Source: Candidatus Uhrbacteria bacterium (GTDB lineage Bacteria; Patescibacteriota; Patescibacteriia; UBA9934). Taken from it: a stretch of DNA of 64,000 nt. Location of the stretch: contig CALRHD010000003.1 in the NCBI GenBank assembly GCA_943359325.1, forward strand, positions 12,081-76,080, in the 5' to 3' direction. The position numbers and the translations under genes were made by a program. The notes below the pieces were generated by a model. The model had not been told where the DNA came from. It saw only the letters and a program-made list of their open reading frames with translations, and did no database searches. Within the stretch, counting starts at the first letter, position 1. Every line of letters starts with the position of its first letter. Below, piece by piece: positions 1 to 9,562 of this stretch.

Positions 1-1
1 T

Positions 2-916
2 TGCGACGCACCCGTGGGGTATGTTGCGAGCAGCACGGATTGCGACGACACGTCGGCGTCAATTCATTTCGGTGCGTCAGAAACGTGTAACAGCGTCGAT
101 GACGACTGCGATGGCAGTGTCGACGATGGGTTGGCGACGGCGACGTGGTACGACGACGGCGATGGCGATGGCTACGGCGATGCGTCGGTGTCGACAATCT
201 CGTGCAGCGTTGTTGCGGGCGCCGTCGGCAACGACGACGACTGCGACGATCTCACTGCCGCCGTGAACCCTGCCGCGATCGAAGCGTGTGACGCTGTCGA
301 CAACGATTGTGATGGCGGAACGGACGAGTCGGGTGCGACGGGTGAAAGCCTGTGGTACGACGACGCGGACGGCGATGGGTACGGCGACGGAAGCGTTTCG
401 ACGCTTTCGTGCAGCGCGCTCATTGGCACGGTCGCCGATGCAACGGACTGTAACGACGCCGATGTCACCGTCAATCCGAGTGCAACCGAAGTCTGCGACA
501 GTGCGGATAACGACTGCGACGGGAGCGTCGACAACGTGGTAGGAGCGTCGCATACAACGGTGGTCAGGTTTGCGCCAGACTTCACTGCGTTCACAGGCAT
601 CGTTATTAGCGGCGAGCTACTCGACTCAAGTGGGGGAGACGTGTTGGCGTGGGAAGACTGGAGTACGGGAACGCCTTCGGGCATGACCGTGACGACGTCG
701 ACGACGTCGATCACCGCGACGTACAGCGGGTGCGTTGAAAGCACGGAAACGTGGTATGTGAACATCGGGTTCACGACGTCGAGTGGATCTGCGCGGTATG
801 GCTGCGAGGACGATGGCGACATTCTCGGCATGTACACGGTGACAGTGGATGGTTCGAGCGTCACAACGGGTAGTTGCGGAACCGATCCGTATGGCGAAAA
901 CGCCTATTCGTGGTAA
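2..916 (+). CDS. MopE-type metal-binding repeat surface protein (5'-partial)
   Basis: Frame is open from the window edge (CDAPVGY...). Repeated DCDD..x.PxAxExCxxxDxDCDGxxD and WYxDxDGDGYG motifs, followed by a unique C-terminal domain. Confidence 0.85.
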   Translation, partial: CDAPVGYVASSTDCDDTSASIHFGASETCNSVDDDCDGSVDDGLATATWYDDGDGDGYGDASVSTISCSVVAGAVGNDDDCDDLTAAVNPAAIEACDAVDNDCDGGTDESGATGESLWYDDADGDGYGDGSVSTLSCSALIGTVADATDCNDADVTVNPSATEVCDSADNDCDGSVDNVVGASHTTVVRFAPDFTAFTGIVISGELLDSSGGDVLAWEDWSTGTPSGMTVTTSTTSITATYSGCVESTETWYVNIGFTTSSGSARYGCEDDGDILGMYTVTVDGSSVTTGSCGTDPYGENAYSW

Positions 917-970
917 AAACCGTGAGACTGGCACCGAAACGTGCCAGTCTCTTTGTTTGGGAAAAATAGC

Positions 971-1011
971 GTCCCAGACAAGGGGCGTCTGGGACGCCCC
1001 TTGTCTGGGAC
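971..1011. repeat. Intergenic palindrome, GTCCCAGAC family
   Basis: gtcccagacaaggggcgtc-tgg-gacgccccttgtctgggac; related copies at ~8516-8544 and 19260-19276. Confidence 0.7.
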
Positions 1012-1130
1012 AGGGTGCCTCTTGCAAAATTTGGTGAATTATGCTAGATTTTGGGGTCGCAATTGTGGGGTTTTCCTACGATTTGTGATCCTTTCACCTC
1101 CCGTTTCAACGGGATTCTCCAGGAGTTCAC

Positions 1131-2468
1131 ATGGCCACTTGGCCGCTTACGGGCATGATGGCAGCCTTTGTTGCCATGTTGACGATTGGTGGTTGCGAAT
1201 ACGAGCGCGTCACGAAGTACGTTCCACAGTATGTGGTGGACGCAGCAGACACGGCCGCGGACGCCGATACGGATTCCGACGCCGACAGTGACGCCGATGG
1301 CGACGCGGATACGGATTCAGGCGTCGACACGGACACGGGAGAGCCGTGCGTGGCGGTGCCGTGGTACATCGACTACGACGGCGATGGGCTTGGCGTAGAG
1401 AGTACGTTCACGGTGACCCAGTGCGTGGCACCCGCAGGCTATGTTGCGAGCGCGACCGATTGCGACGACACGGACATCACGATCACGCTCGGGGACATCT
1501 ACTACGCCGACGTTGATGGCGACGGGTACGGAAATGTTGCTTCGGCGACTGGTCCTACCTGCACCATGCCCGCAGGGTACGTCGACGCCACGAAGGCAAC
1601 GGATTGCGACGATGCGAAAGCAGAGTGGCATCCGGGGGCAGAAGAATCGTGCAGCGTCGATGAAGATCGAAACTGCGACGGTTCGACGCTCTACGCCGAC
1701 GTTGATGCTGACGGTTCGCCTGCGTGTCTCGATTGCGATGACGCCGACAACGTGGTGTACCCGCACGCCGATGAATATTGCGACAGCCTCGACAACGACT
1801 GCGATGGCAGTGTGGACGAGAACGACGCGGTGGATGCGGCAACGTGGTATGCCGACGTCGACGGTGACACCTACGGCAATAATGCCGTGACGGTGAAGCA
1901 GTGCGACGCGCCGTCCGGCTACATCGCCAACGCGACCGATTGTGACGACGCGAAGAGCGCTGTCAATCCGGGTGCGGCAGAGTTGTGCGACGGCGTTGAC
2001 AACGACTGCGATGGCAGCGTCGATAGCGCGGATAGCAGTATCGCCGGAGAGTCGACGTGGTACGAAGACGCCGATGGCGACACCTACGGAAACGTGGACG
2101 TCACCGCGGTGCAGTGCGACGCGCCGAGCGGCTACGTGGACAATGGTGAGGACTGTGATGATCTCGATCATCACACCAACCCAGAGGCCGCGGAGTACGC
2201 GAACGGCTACGACGACGACTGCGATGGCAGCGTCGACGAGGACACGAGCACAACGTCGGGAACGACGGATTGCTACGTAGACGCCGACAACGACGGCTTC
2301 GGTGATTCGTCCGGAACCGCAACGCCTGCCGACTCGGACGGCACGTGCCCCTCGGGGCATGTGTTCGACGACACGGATTGCGAGGACAACAACGCAACCG
2401 TGAACCCTGATGCCTCGGATTATGTCGGTGATTACCGCGATACCGACTGTGACGGTGTCGCAAGCTAG
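1131..2468 (+). CDS. MopE-type repeat putative lipoprotein
   Basis: Hydrophobic N-terminus with lipobox-like IGGC, DADTDSDADSDADGDADTD linker and multiple DCDD/DNDCDG repeats. Confidence 0.85.
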   Translation: MATWPLTGMMAAFVAMLTIGGCEYERVTKYVPQYVVDAADTAADADTDSDADSDADGDADTDSGVDTDTGEPCVAVPWYIDYDGDGLGVESTFTVTQCVAPAGYVASATDCDDTDITITLGDIYYADVDGDGYGNVASATGPTCTMPAGYVDATKATDCDDAKAEWHPGAEESCSVDEDRNCDGSTLYADVDADGSPACLDCDDADNVVYPHADEYCDSLDNDCDGSVDENDAVDAATWYADVDGDTYGNNAVTVKQCDAPSGYIANATDCDDAKSAVNPGAAELCDGVDNDCDGSVDSADSSIAGESTWYEDADGDTYGNVDVTAVQCDAPSGYVDNGEDCDDLDHHTNPEAAEYANGYDDDCDGSVDEDTSTTSGTTDCYVDADNDGFGDSSGTATPADSDGTCPSGHVFDDTDCEDNNATVNPDASDYVGDYRDTDCDGVAS

Positions 2469-2486
2469 CGGTTAAAACCCGCCTCA

Positions 2487-2524
2487 CTGCCTACATGGAG
2501 AAATCCGTGTGGGCAGTTTTGTTT
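2487..2524 (+). terminator. Intrinsic terminator
   Basis: actgcctacatgga-gaaa-tccgtgtgggcagt followed by a T-run. Confidence 0.7.
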
Positions 2525-2566
2525 TTATTTTAGCCATAATTTTCTTATTGGGGCCTGAACTTGCCC

Positions 2567-2595
2567 TTGACAGAACTTCATTTTTTCACTAGGAT
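2567..2595 (+). promoter_or_regulatory. Sigma70-type promoter
   Basis: TTGACA-17 nt-TAGGAT upstream of 2668. Confidence 0.55.
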
Positions 2596-2667
2596 TTTGC
2601 GACCTAACAAGGCGTTTCGGGTTTTCCAAAACGATGCGGTAGGCAATGGCAACAGGAGATTCTCAAA

Positions 2668-4356
2668 ATGACGTTCCTTCTTTTGGCGCTTGGTTGCGTC
2701 CCTCTCACCGACATTGGTGTGGACGGCAATGGGTTTGAGGCGAATGCAAAGGGTTTCGACGGCGACGGCGATAGCTACACGTCTTTGGCGACAGGTGGCA
2801 CCGATTGCGACGACACCGACGTGGCGATCAGTCCAGGCGCAACCGAAGTCTGCGACAGTGTGGACAACGATTGTGACCTCGATATCGACGACGACGACAC
2901 GTCGCGCGTCGGTCGTCGGTACGGCCCTGATCTTGATGGCGATGGTTGGGCTCAGGACGGCGCACATCAAACCGCCTGTTCGACAGACCCGATCCAGGAA
3001 ATTCTGGATATCGCTGACGGTGATAGCAGTGTCACTGGTGACGACTGGATCGTCATTCCCGTGGAGCAGTACAGCAGCACTGGTGCGTTTACCAACGCTG
3101 ATTGTGACGACGACAACGATGATGTCTACCCAATGGCGACCGAGACGTGCAATGGTATCGACGATGACTGCGAAGGCGGCATCGATGAAGCTCTGACGAC
3201 CTACACGTGGTATGCCGACAGCGATGTCGACACCTACGGCAATGCGTCGGTCAGCACGAGTTCGTGCAGTGCGCCGTCGGGATATGTTTCCGACAGCACG
3301 GATTGCAACGATGCCTCGGCGTCGGTGCATCCCGGAGCGTCGGAAACGTGCAACAGCGTCGACGATGACTGCGATGGCAGCATCGACGAAGGTGTGACGA
3401 CGACGTACTACGCGGATGCCGATGGTGACACGTACGGCAATCTGTTGGTGACGGCTGCGGCATGCAGTGCGCCATCGGGCTACGTTTCGCACGACAGCGA
3501 CTGCGACGACACGGACGCGGCGATCAATCCGCTCGCCGTCGAGGTCTGCGATCTCGTGGACAACGACTGCGATTTCGTGGTCGACGACGGCGTGATGTCG
3601 ACGTTCTACGTCGACAGCGATGGTGATACGTACGGCAGCACGGCGTCGGGAGCGGCGACGGGGTGCAGTGCGCCAGCTGGGTACGTTGCGAGCTCGACGG
3701 ACTGCAATGACAGCGATGCGGCGATCAGTCCAGGTGCAACCGAAGTCTGCGACAGTGTGGACAACGATTGCGACAGCAGCACCGACGAAGGTGTGTTGAC
3801 GACGTGGTATCGCGACGGTGACAGCGATGGGTACGGGGGGAGCACCTCGTTCGCGAGCTGTACGGCGCCGGCAAGTTTTGTCGCCACGAGCACGGACTGT
3901 CTTGATACCAACGGGGCGGTGCATCCCGGCGCAACCGAGGTTGCAGGCAACAGCCTTGACGACGATTGCGACGGGACGATCGACAACACGACGTGCGTCA
4001 GCACGATCGAGATCATCAACGACATGGGTGATGCCGACTACATCAGCGCGGTCGTGAGCTCCGATTCCTCGATGACCGGTGACTGGTGGGACAACACCAC
4101 CGGCATCAGTCTCGTGACGGGTGTCACCACGACGGAATACAGTCTCGGCGGCTACTACCGCGAGTACGACAGCGCCTTCAGCCTCTGCTTCACGGCAGGT
4201 GTGACGGTGGTGCTCAGCGGTGAATTCGCAACGGGTGGCATGCTCTGCGAGCCGAGCGGTGCGGGAGCACTCGTCTTCGCGGAAAGCGATGGCGTGAGCC
4301 TCACAATCAGTGAGACGACGGCCGGTAGTGGCTGCGTCTACACCATCAGCGAGTAG
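2668..4356 (+). CDS. MopE-type repeat putative lipoprotein
   Basis: Short signal MTFLLLALGC, about six DCDD..PGAxExC..DNDCDG repeats and a distinct C-terminal domain. Confidence 0.85.
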   Translation: MTFLLLALGCVPLTDIGVDGNGFEANAKGFDGDGDSYTSLATGGTDCDDTDVAISPGATEVCDSVDNDCDLDIDDDDTSRVGRRYGPDLDGDGWAQDGAHQTACSTDPIQEILDIADGDSSVTGDDWIVIPVEQYSSTGAFTNADCDDDNDDVYPMATETCNGIDDDCEGGIDEALTTYTWYADSDVDTYGNASVSTSSCSAPSGYVSDSTDCNDASASVHPGASETCNSVDDDCDGSIDEGVTTTYYADADGDTYGNLLVTAAACSAPSGYVSHDSDCDDTDAAINPLAVEVCDLVDNDCDFVVDDGVMSTFYVDSDGDTYGSTASGAATGCSAPAGYVASSTDCNDSDAAISPGATEVCDSVDNDCDSSTDEGVLTTWYRDGDSDGYGGSTSFASCTAPASFVATSTDCLDTNGAVHPGATEVAGNSLDDDCDGTIDNTTCVSTIEIINDMGDADYISAVVSSDSSMTGDWWDNTTGISLVTGVTTTEYSLGGYYREYDSAFSLCFTAGVTVVLSGEFATGGMLCEPSGAGALVFAESDGVSLTISETTAGSGCVYTISE

Positions 4357-4362
4357 CGTCCT

Positions 4363-4420
4363 TGAGGCCTCCGACTATCTCCCATTTCTGGGATTTGGTC
4401 GGAGGCCTCTTTATTTTTTT
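4363..4420 (+). terminator. Intrinsic terminator
   Basis: gaggcctccgac...gtcggaggcctc followed by tttattttttt. Confidence 0.7.
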
Positions 4421-4459
4421 ACCGTCACTTAGTGACGTTAAACGTCACTAAGTGACGGT
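4421..4459. repeat. Doublet palindrome (REP-like)
   Basis: Perfect 19-bp inverted repeat accgtcacttagtgacgtt-a-aacgtcactaagtgacggt; each arm is itself a hairpin centred on CTWAG. Confidence 0.75.
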
Positions 4460-4480
4460 GTGTGGTAAAATACTCGCTAG

Positions 4481-6037
4481 ATGATCAACCTCCGCAGTAT
4501 TTATCTCGCCGCGCAGGAGAGAACGCGATTCGCTGTCGCGGGGCTTGTGGTGTTGCTCGTGGCCGGCGTGTGCGGCATCGTGTTTTTTTCGCCCATGCTT
4601 ACGCTTGCGGCGTCCTTTGCGCTTGTCGTCGTATTTGTGAGTTTCGTGCGCCCCACATGGATGCTGTTTGCGCTCATGATGTACTTGCCGTTCGAGCCAT
4701 TTTTGCTCAAATGGGTGCAGGACGACGTGTATGTCTACGCCAAATATTCGTCGGAACTGGTCGTCTATTTGCTCGTCGCGGTTGTCGCGTGGCGACTTTT
4801 TTCGGGCGTTGCGGTGTGGCGACGGTCGTCTGTGGATGTTTTCTTGCTCATATTTCTTTTTCTCCTCGTCGTCACGACGCTCGTCAATGTCTCCAGCACC
4901 TCTGTTGCCGTGCTCGGCGTGCGGCAAATCATTCGCTTCATATTTTTGTATGTGGTGACGGTACAGCTTGCACCGTCACGGAAATGGGTGCGTGCGCTTT
5001 TTTACGGACTCGTCGTCATCGTTGCCCTGCAAATCGTTTTGGCGAGTGCACAGGGAATTATCGGTGAACGCGTCGACACGTTTTTGCTCCCGTCCGAACG
5101 TCGTACGCTTGGACAAATTCAGTTGACGGCAGGGCAGGTGCAATTTTGGGACCCTGGTCAGCGCGTGTTCGGCACGCTCGGACGCTACGATCAGCTGGGT
5201 ACGTTCATGGCGTTTGTCATGCTGCTCATGGCGGCCGCGCTTTACGAATGGAAACAGTCGCCGTCGACAAAAAAATTGTGGATTGTTTTTCTTGCTGCAC
5301 TGCCCATTCTTGCGTTGACGTACTCGCGTTCGGCGTGGTTTGGATTTGTGCTTGGATTTTTGTTTCTTGCGCTGTGGGCAAAGCGCGACCGTCGTGTGTG
5401 GGTCGGTTTGGCGACGTTTGTTCTTGCGGCCCTGCTGTATCTTGGTGCAAGCGGGCTTGTCGTGCGTCAACTCGTCGACGTCTCAGGTCAATCGGTGACA
5501 GACAGATTTTTTGAAGCATTTTCCGCCGAGCGTTGGGCAGGGGAGTACTACGGGCTTGGACGTATGTTTTGGATGGTGCAAACCGTCGCAACGGTTGTTC
5601 CCGCATCGCCGCTTCTTGGTCACGGCCCGGCAAACTACGGTGGTGGTGCAGTCGCCGCACTCCACAACACCCGTACATACGACGCGCTCGGTTTGCCATT
5701 TGGCGTGTATGGCACCGACGGGTATATCGACAACAACTGGTTTAGTTTGTGGGGGGAGACGGGAACGCTTGGGCTCGCGGCGTACCTTGCAATCTATATT
5801 ACATTGTTTGTGACATGCATTCGTGTGTGGCGAAAGTCGAATGATGCTGACGTTCGTGCCCTTGCCATCGGCACCGCTTGCGCCATGCTCGCCGTTGCCT
5901 TGAACGCATTTCTCGCAACATATTTTGAAGCCCGAACCCTCGCACCGTACCTGTGGGTATTTGCAGGACTTGTTGTTGTGGCAGAGAGAAAGAGTGGAAA
6001 TGTAGAAAATGTTTATGAGAATCCTTCACACGCATAA
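4481..6037 (+). CDS. O-antigen ligase/polymerase family membrane protein
   Basis: Multi-TM protein with RVFGTLG..DQLG, LTYSRSAW, PLLGHG and DNNW..ETGTLG motifs. Confidence 0.85.
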   Translation: MINLRSIYLAAQERTRFAVAGLVVLLVAGVCGIVFFSPMLTLAASFALVVVFVSFVRPTWMLFALMMYLPFEPFLLKWVQDDVYVYAKYSSELVVYLLVAVVAWRLFSGVAVWRRSSVDVFLLIFLFLLVVTTLVNVSSTSVAVLGVRQIIRFIFLYVVTVQLAPSRKWVRALFYGLVVIVALQIVLASAQGIIGERVDTFLLPSERRTLGQIQLTAGQVQFWDPGQRVFGTLGRYDQLGTFMAFVMLLMAAALYEWKQSPSTKKLWIVFLAALPILALTYSRSAWFGFVLGFLFLALWAKRDRRVWVGLATFVLAALLYLGASGLVVRQLVDVSGQSVTDRFFEAFSAERWAGEYYGLGRMFWMVQTVATVVPASPLLGHGPANYGGGAVAALHNTRTYDALGLPFGVYGTDGYIDNNWFSLWGETGTLGLAAYLAIYITLFVTCIRVWRKSNDADVRALAIGTACAMLAVALNAFLATYFEARTLAPYLWVFAGLVVVAERKSGNVENVYENPSHA

Positions 6038-7244
6038 ATATTTTCACGAACGCGATGGAGTTGGACGTTACATGTTCGACCTCATGCGTGAATGTGCAGC
6101 GCGGGGAATTGCAACGGCGCCGTTTGCAATGCATGACGCGCGGAATGTTCCGTCGGCGTGGGAGAAGTATTTTGTATCGTCGCTTGACACGACGCACGCG
6201 AATTTCGGTTTTTCCACGCTGCGTCAAGCAGGTCGTGCTTTGTGGTCGTGCGAAGCAGCGTCGAAGATGTGCGCGATGATTGCTGCGTTCCACCCCGACG
6301 TCATTCATGCGCACAACATTTACACGCACCTTTCTCCGTCGATTCTTTCTGCGGCACACCATGCCGACGTTCCTGTGGTCATGACCGTTCACGACTATGC
6401 ACTCGTTTCGGCGAACTATACGCTATGGTCACCATCACGAAAGAGTAGCGAAGGTCATACGCTTCGTGCAGGGAGAAATAGTTTGCTTTCGATTGCACGT
6501 TCGCGATTTATTAAAAATTCTTTTTCAGCGACGCTGGCGCTTGAATGCATCACCCGCTTGCAGCGCGCACTGAAAATGTACGATCACACTATTTCTCGCT
6601 ACATTACGCTTTCCGAATTTGTAAAACAAACCCTCGTCGACGTTGGTTATGACGCGCAAAAAATCGACGTCATACCGCCTTTTATTCCACTTGCCCTACA
6701 ACCTACAACCTACTACCTACAACCTCTCGATGTGCTCTACGTTGGTCGGCTTGAGGATTACAAAGGTGTAGGGACGTTGATCGACGCCATGAAATTGTGT
6801 CCCGAGCAAACGCTTCGCATTGTCGGTGACGGGCCATGCAGGCTCACGTTTGAGGCGCAGGCAAAGGGTATGACGAACGTCCATTTTGATGGCTTTTTGT
6901 CGGGTGAGAAATTGGAGGAGGCATACGCATCGGCTCGCGTGCTCGTCGTTCCATCGCTCTGGTACGAGCCATTTGGTTTGGTCGCCGTGGAGGCGATGGC
7001 ACGTGGCGTGCCTGTTATTGTGAGTGACCGTGGGGGATTGCCTGAGATTGTTGGTAATGATCAAGGTGGGGTGCTGTTTGGGGCGGGCAAAGCAGGGGAT
7101 CTGGCAGCGGCAATCCGCCGATTTTTCGAGGACGAGGCGTGGGCAGCGGGCATGGCAGGTGCGGCACAAACCCGCTCTTCGACCCTGTGTGGTTTAGGGC
7201 GTTTTGAGGATATTTTGGAGATTTACAGGGCTTTTCAACACTAA
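6015..7244 (+). CDS. Glycosyltransferase family 4
   Basis: HAHNIY, YVGRL..KGV and PSLWYEPFGLVAVEAMA motifs. Confidence 0.9.
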   Translation: MRILHTHKYFHERDGVGRYMFDLMRECAARGIATAPFAMHDARNVPSAWEKYFVSSLDTTHANFGFSTLRQAGRALWSCEAASKMCAMIAAFHPDVIHAHNIYTHLSPSILSAAHHADVPVVMTVHDYALVSANYTLWSPSRKSSEGHTLRAGRNSLLSIARSRFIKNSFSATLALECITRLQRALKMYDHTISRYITLSEFVKQTLVDVGYDAQKIDVIPPFIPLALQPTTYYLQPLDVLYVGRLEDYKGVGTLIDAMKLCPEQTLRIVGDGPCRLTFEAQAKGMTNVHFDGFLSGEKLEEAYASARVLVVPSLWYEPFGLVAVEAMARGVPVIVSDRGGLPEIVGNDQGGVLFGAGKAGDLAAAIRRFFEDEAWAAGMAGAAQTRSSTLCGLGRFEDILEIYRAFQH

Positions 7245-7283
7245 GCACTGTCAGTGCTAAGTGTGGACAGCCTGTGGATAACT
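7236..7283. repeat. Palindromic repeat plus DnaA-box-like motif (copy 1)
   Basis: caacactaagcactgtcagtgctaagtgtgga...tgtggataa; near-identical to 23721-23766. Confidence 0.7.
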
Positions 7284-7344
7284 TTTGGAGGGGCAGGGGA
7301 CTGGACGTTGACAAAACGCCCATTTTTTGTTAGGTTTCTCGGTT

Positions 7345-8505
7345 ATGAAAATAGCCATGATTGGGCAAAAAGGTGTTCCGGGCCGCTTTGGCGGTATCGA
7401 GACCCACGTCACTGAACTCGCTACCCGCCTCCGTCGGGCTGGATTTTCTGTGACGACGTATTGCCGTTCGTGGTACGCCACCGACCGCATTGACCGTTAC
7501 AACGGCATCGACCTTGTGACGCTACCGTCGCTCCGCACAAAGCACCTCGACGCGATCACCCACACCTTCTTGGCGACCTTACACGCAATGTTCGTTGTGC
7601 GTCCTGACGTGTATCACTTCCACGGCGTTGGCCCGTCGCTTTTGGCGTGGATGCCAAAACTGTTCGCCCCCCGCGCAACGATTGTGACGACGTTCCACTG
7701 TATCGACCGTCATCATGCGAAATGGGGTTTCCTTTCGCGTCTCATACTCCGTCTTGGTGAACGCGCATGTCTCGTGAGCACCGACGTTTGTATTGCGGTC
7801 AGCAAAACGCTTACGATTTATGCGTATGAGAATTACGGGAAAAGCGCAACGTATATTCCGAACGGCATTACGCCGCGTCGCGTTGCGACCGACGACACAC
7901 TCCTTGCACCATTTGGTTTGCATGACTATGGCTATGTTGCCTTTGTTGCCCGCCTTGTTCCGCATAAAGGAGCACACACGCTGATTGACGCGTGGAAGCG
8001 CGCAAATGCATTGCGACCTGACGTCATGCGCGACCTCAAGTTAGCAATTGTCGGTGGTTCGGCGTTTACGGATGCGTACGTGAAAAAAATCAAAAAGCAG
8101 GCTGCGGGCGACGAGTCGATTGTGTTTACAGGTAACCAAACCGGTGACACGCTCGAAGCATTGTTCGCAGGTTCTCGTTTCACGGTCAACCCGTCGACGA
8201 GTGAAGGGTTGCCGATCGCGGTTTTAGAAGCGATGAGTTATGGCAAGGCCGTGATTGCGTCCGACATTCCCGCGCACCTTGAAGTGGTCGGAGAATACGG
8301 TGTGCCGTTTGCGACAGGAGATGTGGATGACTTGGCGCAAAAAATCATCGCGCTTGCCGCCGACCCGATGCAAGCCGCGTCGCTCGGCCATGTGGCACGA
8401 ACGTACGTCGAAAACACGTATCACTGGGACGACATTGCCGCACACACCGCAGCACTCTACCGCAAGCATCGCCACGCAGTTCGCGGCGTCCTCGCGCTCG
8501 AATAA
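7345..8505 (+). CDS. Glycosyltransferase family 4
   Basis: MKIAMIGQKGVP..GGIETHV and PSTSEGLPIAVLEAMSYG motifs. Confidence 0.9.
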   Translation: MKIAMIGQKGVPGRFGGIETHVTELATRLRRAGFSVTTYCRSWYATDRIDRYNGIDLVTLPSLRTKHLDAITHTFLATLHAMFVVRPDVYHFHGVGPSLLAWMPKLFAPRATIVTTFHCIDRHHAKWGFLSRLILRLGERACLVSTDVCIAVSKTLTIYAYENYGKSATYIPNGITPRRVATDDTLLAPFGLHDYGYVAFVARLVPHKGAHTLIDAWKRANALRPDVMRDLKLAIVGGSAFTDAYVKKIKKQAAGDESIVFTGNQTGDTLEALFAGSRFTVNPSTSEGLPIAVLEAMSYGKAVIASDIPAHLEVVGEYGVPFATGDVDDLAQKIIALAADPMQAASLGHVARTYVENTYHWDDIAAHTAALYRKHRHAVRGVLALE

Positions 8506-8556
8506 AAACAATACCCGTCCCAGACGCCAGGCGTCTGGGACGGGTATTGTTTTTAT
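8502..8556. terminator. Bidirectional terminator-like long inverted repeat
   Basis: ataaaaacaatacccgtcccagacgcc-a-ggcgtctgggacgggtattgtttttat between convergent genes. Confidence 0.75.
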
Positions 8557-8566
8557 CCACAGTCCC

Positions 8567-8884
8567 CTACTCTTCTTTTGGCGTTTCCCTCTCCTTTAAG
8601 AGTTCGGGGTTCGGTGAGTAAAGTGTGTTCTTAATTTTCCAGATTTCTACAAATCGCCCAATCCCCTTTCTGTCTCGTTTGTTTCGAACCGTGGTGCTCG
8701 ACTGCGACCAGCGGAGCAGGGATTCGAAGTTTATTTTGTAACGACCTTGAACGACGATATACGTTACCTCTTTTTCCAAAATCGCCCGTCGTACCGTTCT
8801 TGGGCTGACGCCAAACATTTTTGCCGCCTCGGAGACGGTGAGGCGAATCACGGGGTCGAGTGGTGAGGGAGCTGCCATTGCCAT
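8567..8884 (-). CDS. Excisionase-like helix-turn-helix (HTH_17-type) DNA-binding protein
   Basis: RLTVSEAAKMFGVSPRTVRRAI HTH; start codon uncertain. Confidence 0.75.
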   Translation of the reverse strand: MAMAAPSPLDPVIRLTVSEAAKMFGVSPRTVRRAILEKEVTYIVVQGRYKINFESLLRWSQSSTTVRNKRDRKGIGRFVEIWKIKNTLYSPNPELLKERETPKEE

Positions 8885-9031
8885 AGTTTCTGCATTATGA
8901 CGTTTGTCTACTCTAGCGTAGCCAAACGTCACGGCGTCGTCAAGCGAACCATTGCGGAATAAAGGGAATACGCGCATCCTGATTGCAATCATTGGAGGTG
9001 TAAGATTTGCTAAAAACTTACGTCATACTAC

Positions 9032-9562
9032 ATGCAAGACCATATCGCAAAACTTCTTGCGTTTCGCATCTATCGTTTTCGAGATACTGCTGCGTATGCA
9101 GAGTTGTATCGCGAGTATGAAGATGCAATCTATCGTTTTGTCGCAAGGAAGGTCGGTCGCCCAGAAGATGTCGAGGAAATAGTGTCGGATAGCTTTCTCC
9201 GCGGATGGGAGTACATGACTGCGAATCTGGTGGACAACCCACGTGCTCTGCTCTACAAGGTCGCACAAAACATGATTGCCGATCTTTACCGAAGCGGGAA
9301 ACAAGCAGAGCAGTTGAGCGATGAAATGGCGGAGAGAATCCCCGCTTCGGCATCACTCCTCGGTGACGTAGAAACGAACGAGGCGGTAAAGGAAATTCTC
9401 GCCGCCATCAGACAGCTTAAAGCAGAATATCAGGAGGTGCTGCTCATGCTCTTTGTGGAGCAGCGCACCGCACACGAAATCGCTGGTGAACTCGGCAAGT
9501 CGGTGAGCAGCGTGTATGTGCTCATCTACCGTGCTAAACATGCACTGAAAAAACATTTGTGA
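9032..9562 (+). CDS. ECF-type RNA polymerase sigma-70 factor
   Basis: Region 2 (AYAELY..IYRF..DVEEIVSDSFLRGW) and region 4 (EIAGELGKSVSSVYVLIYRA). Confidence 0.88.
   Translation: MQDHIAKLLAFRIYRFRDTAAYAELYREYEDAIYRFVARKVGRPEDVEEIVSDSFLRGWEYMTANLVDNPRALLYKVAQNMIADLYRSGKQAEQLSDEMAERIPASASLLGDVETNEAVKEILAAIRQLKAEYQEVLLMLFVEQRTAHEIAGELGKSVSSVYVLIYRAKHALKKHL

Noticed and set aside
2578-3924. Long antisense ORFs (e.g. 448 aa here, 346 aa at 11992-13032, 307 aa at 52364-53287)
   Set aside because: Shadow frames of genes with strong codon bias; no recognisable motifs.
2-4356. CRISPR array or diversity-generating retroelement
   Set aside because: The repeats are protein-coding, degenerate at synonymous sites and irregularly spaced. 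There is no reverse transcriptase, no cas gene and no adenine-specific TR/VR pair.
7261-8561. Replication origin suggested by DnaA boxes
   Set aside because: The boxes are few and scattered (also at 23747 and within CDSs), with no dnaA/dnaN and no AT-rich unwinding element.
8567-8884. Prophage or integrative element signalled by the excisionase-like HTH
   Set aside because: No integrase, att site or phage genes nearby; more likely a resident regulator.
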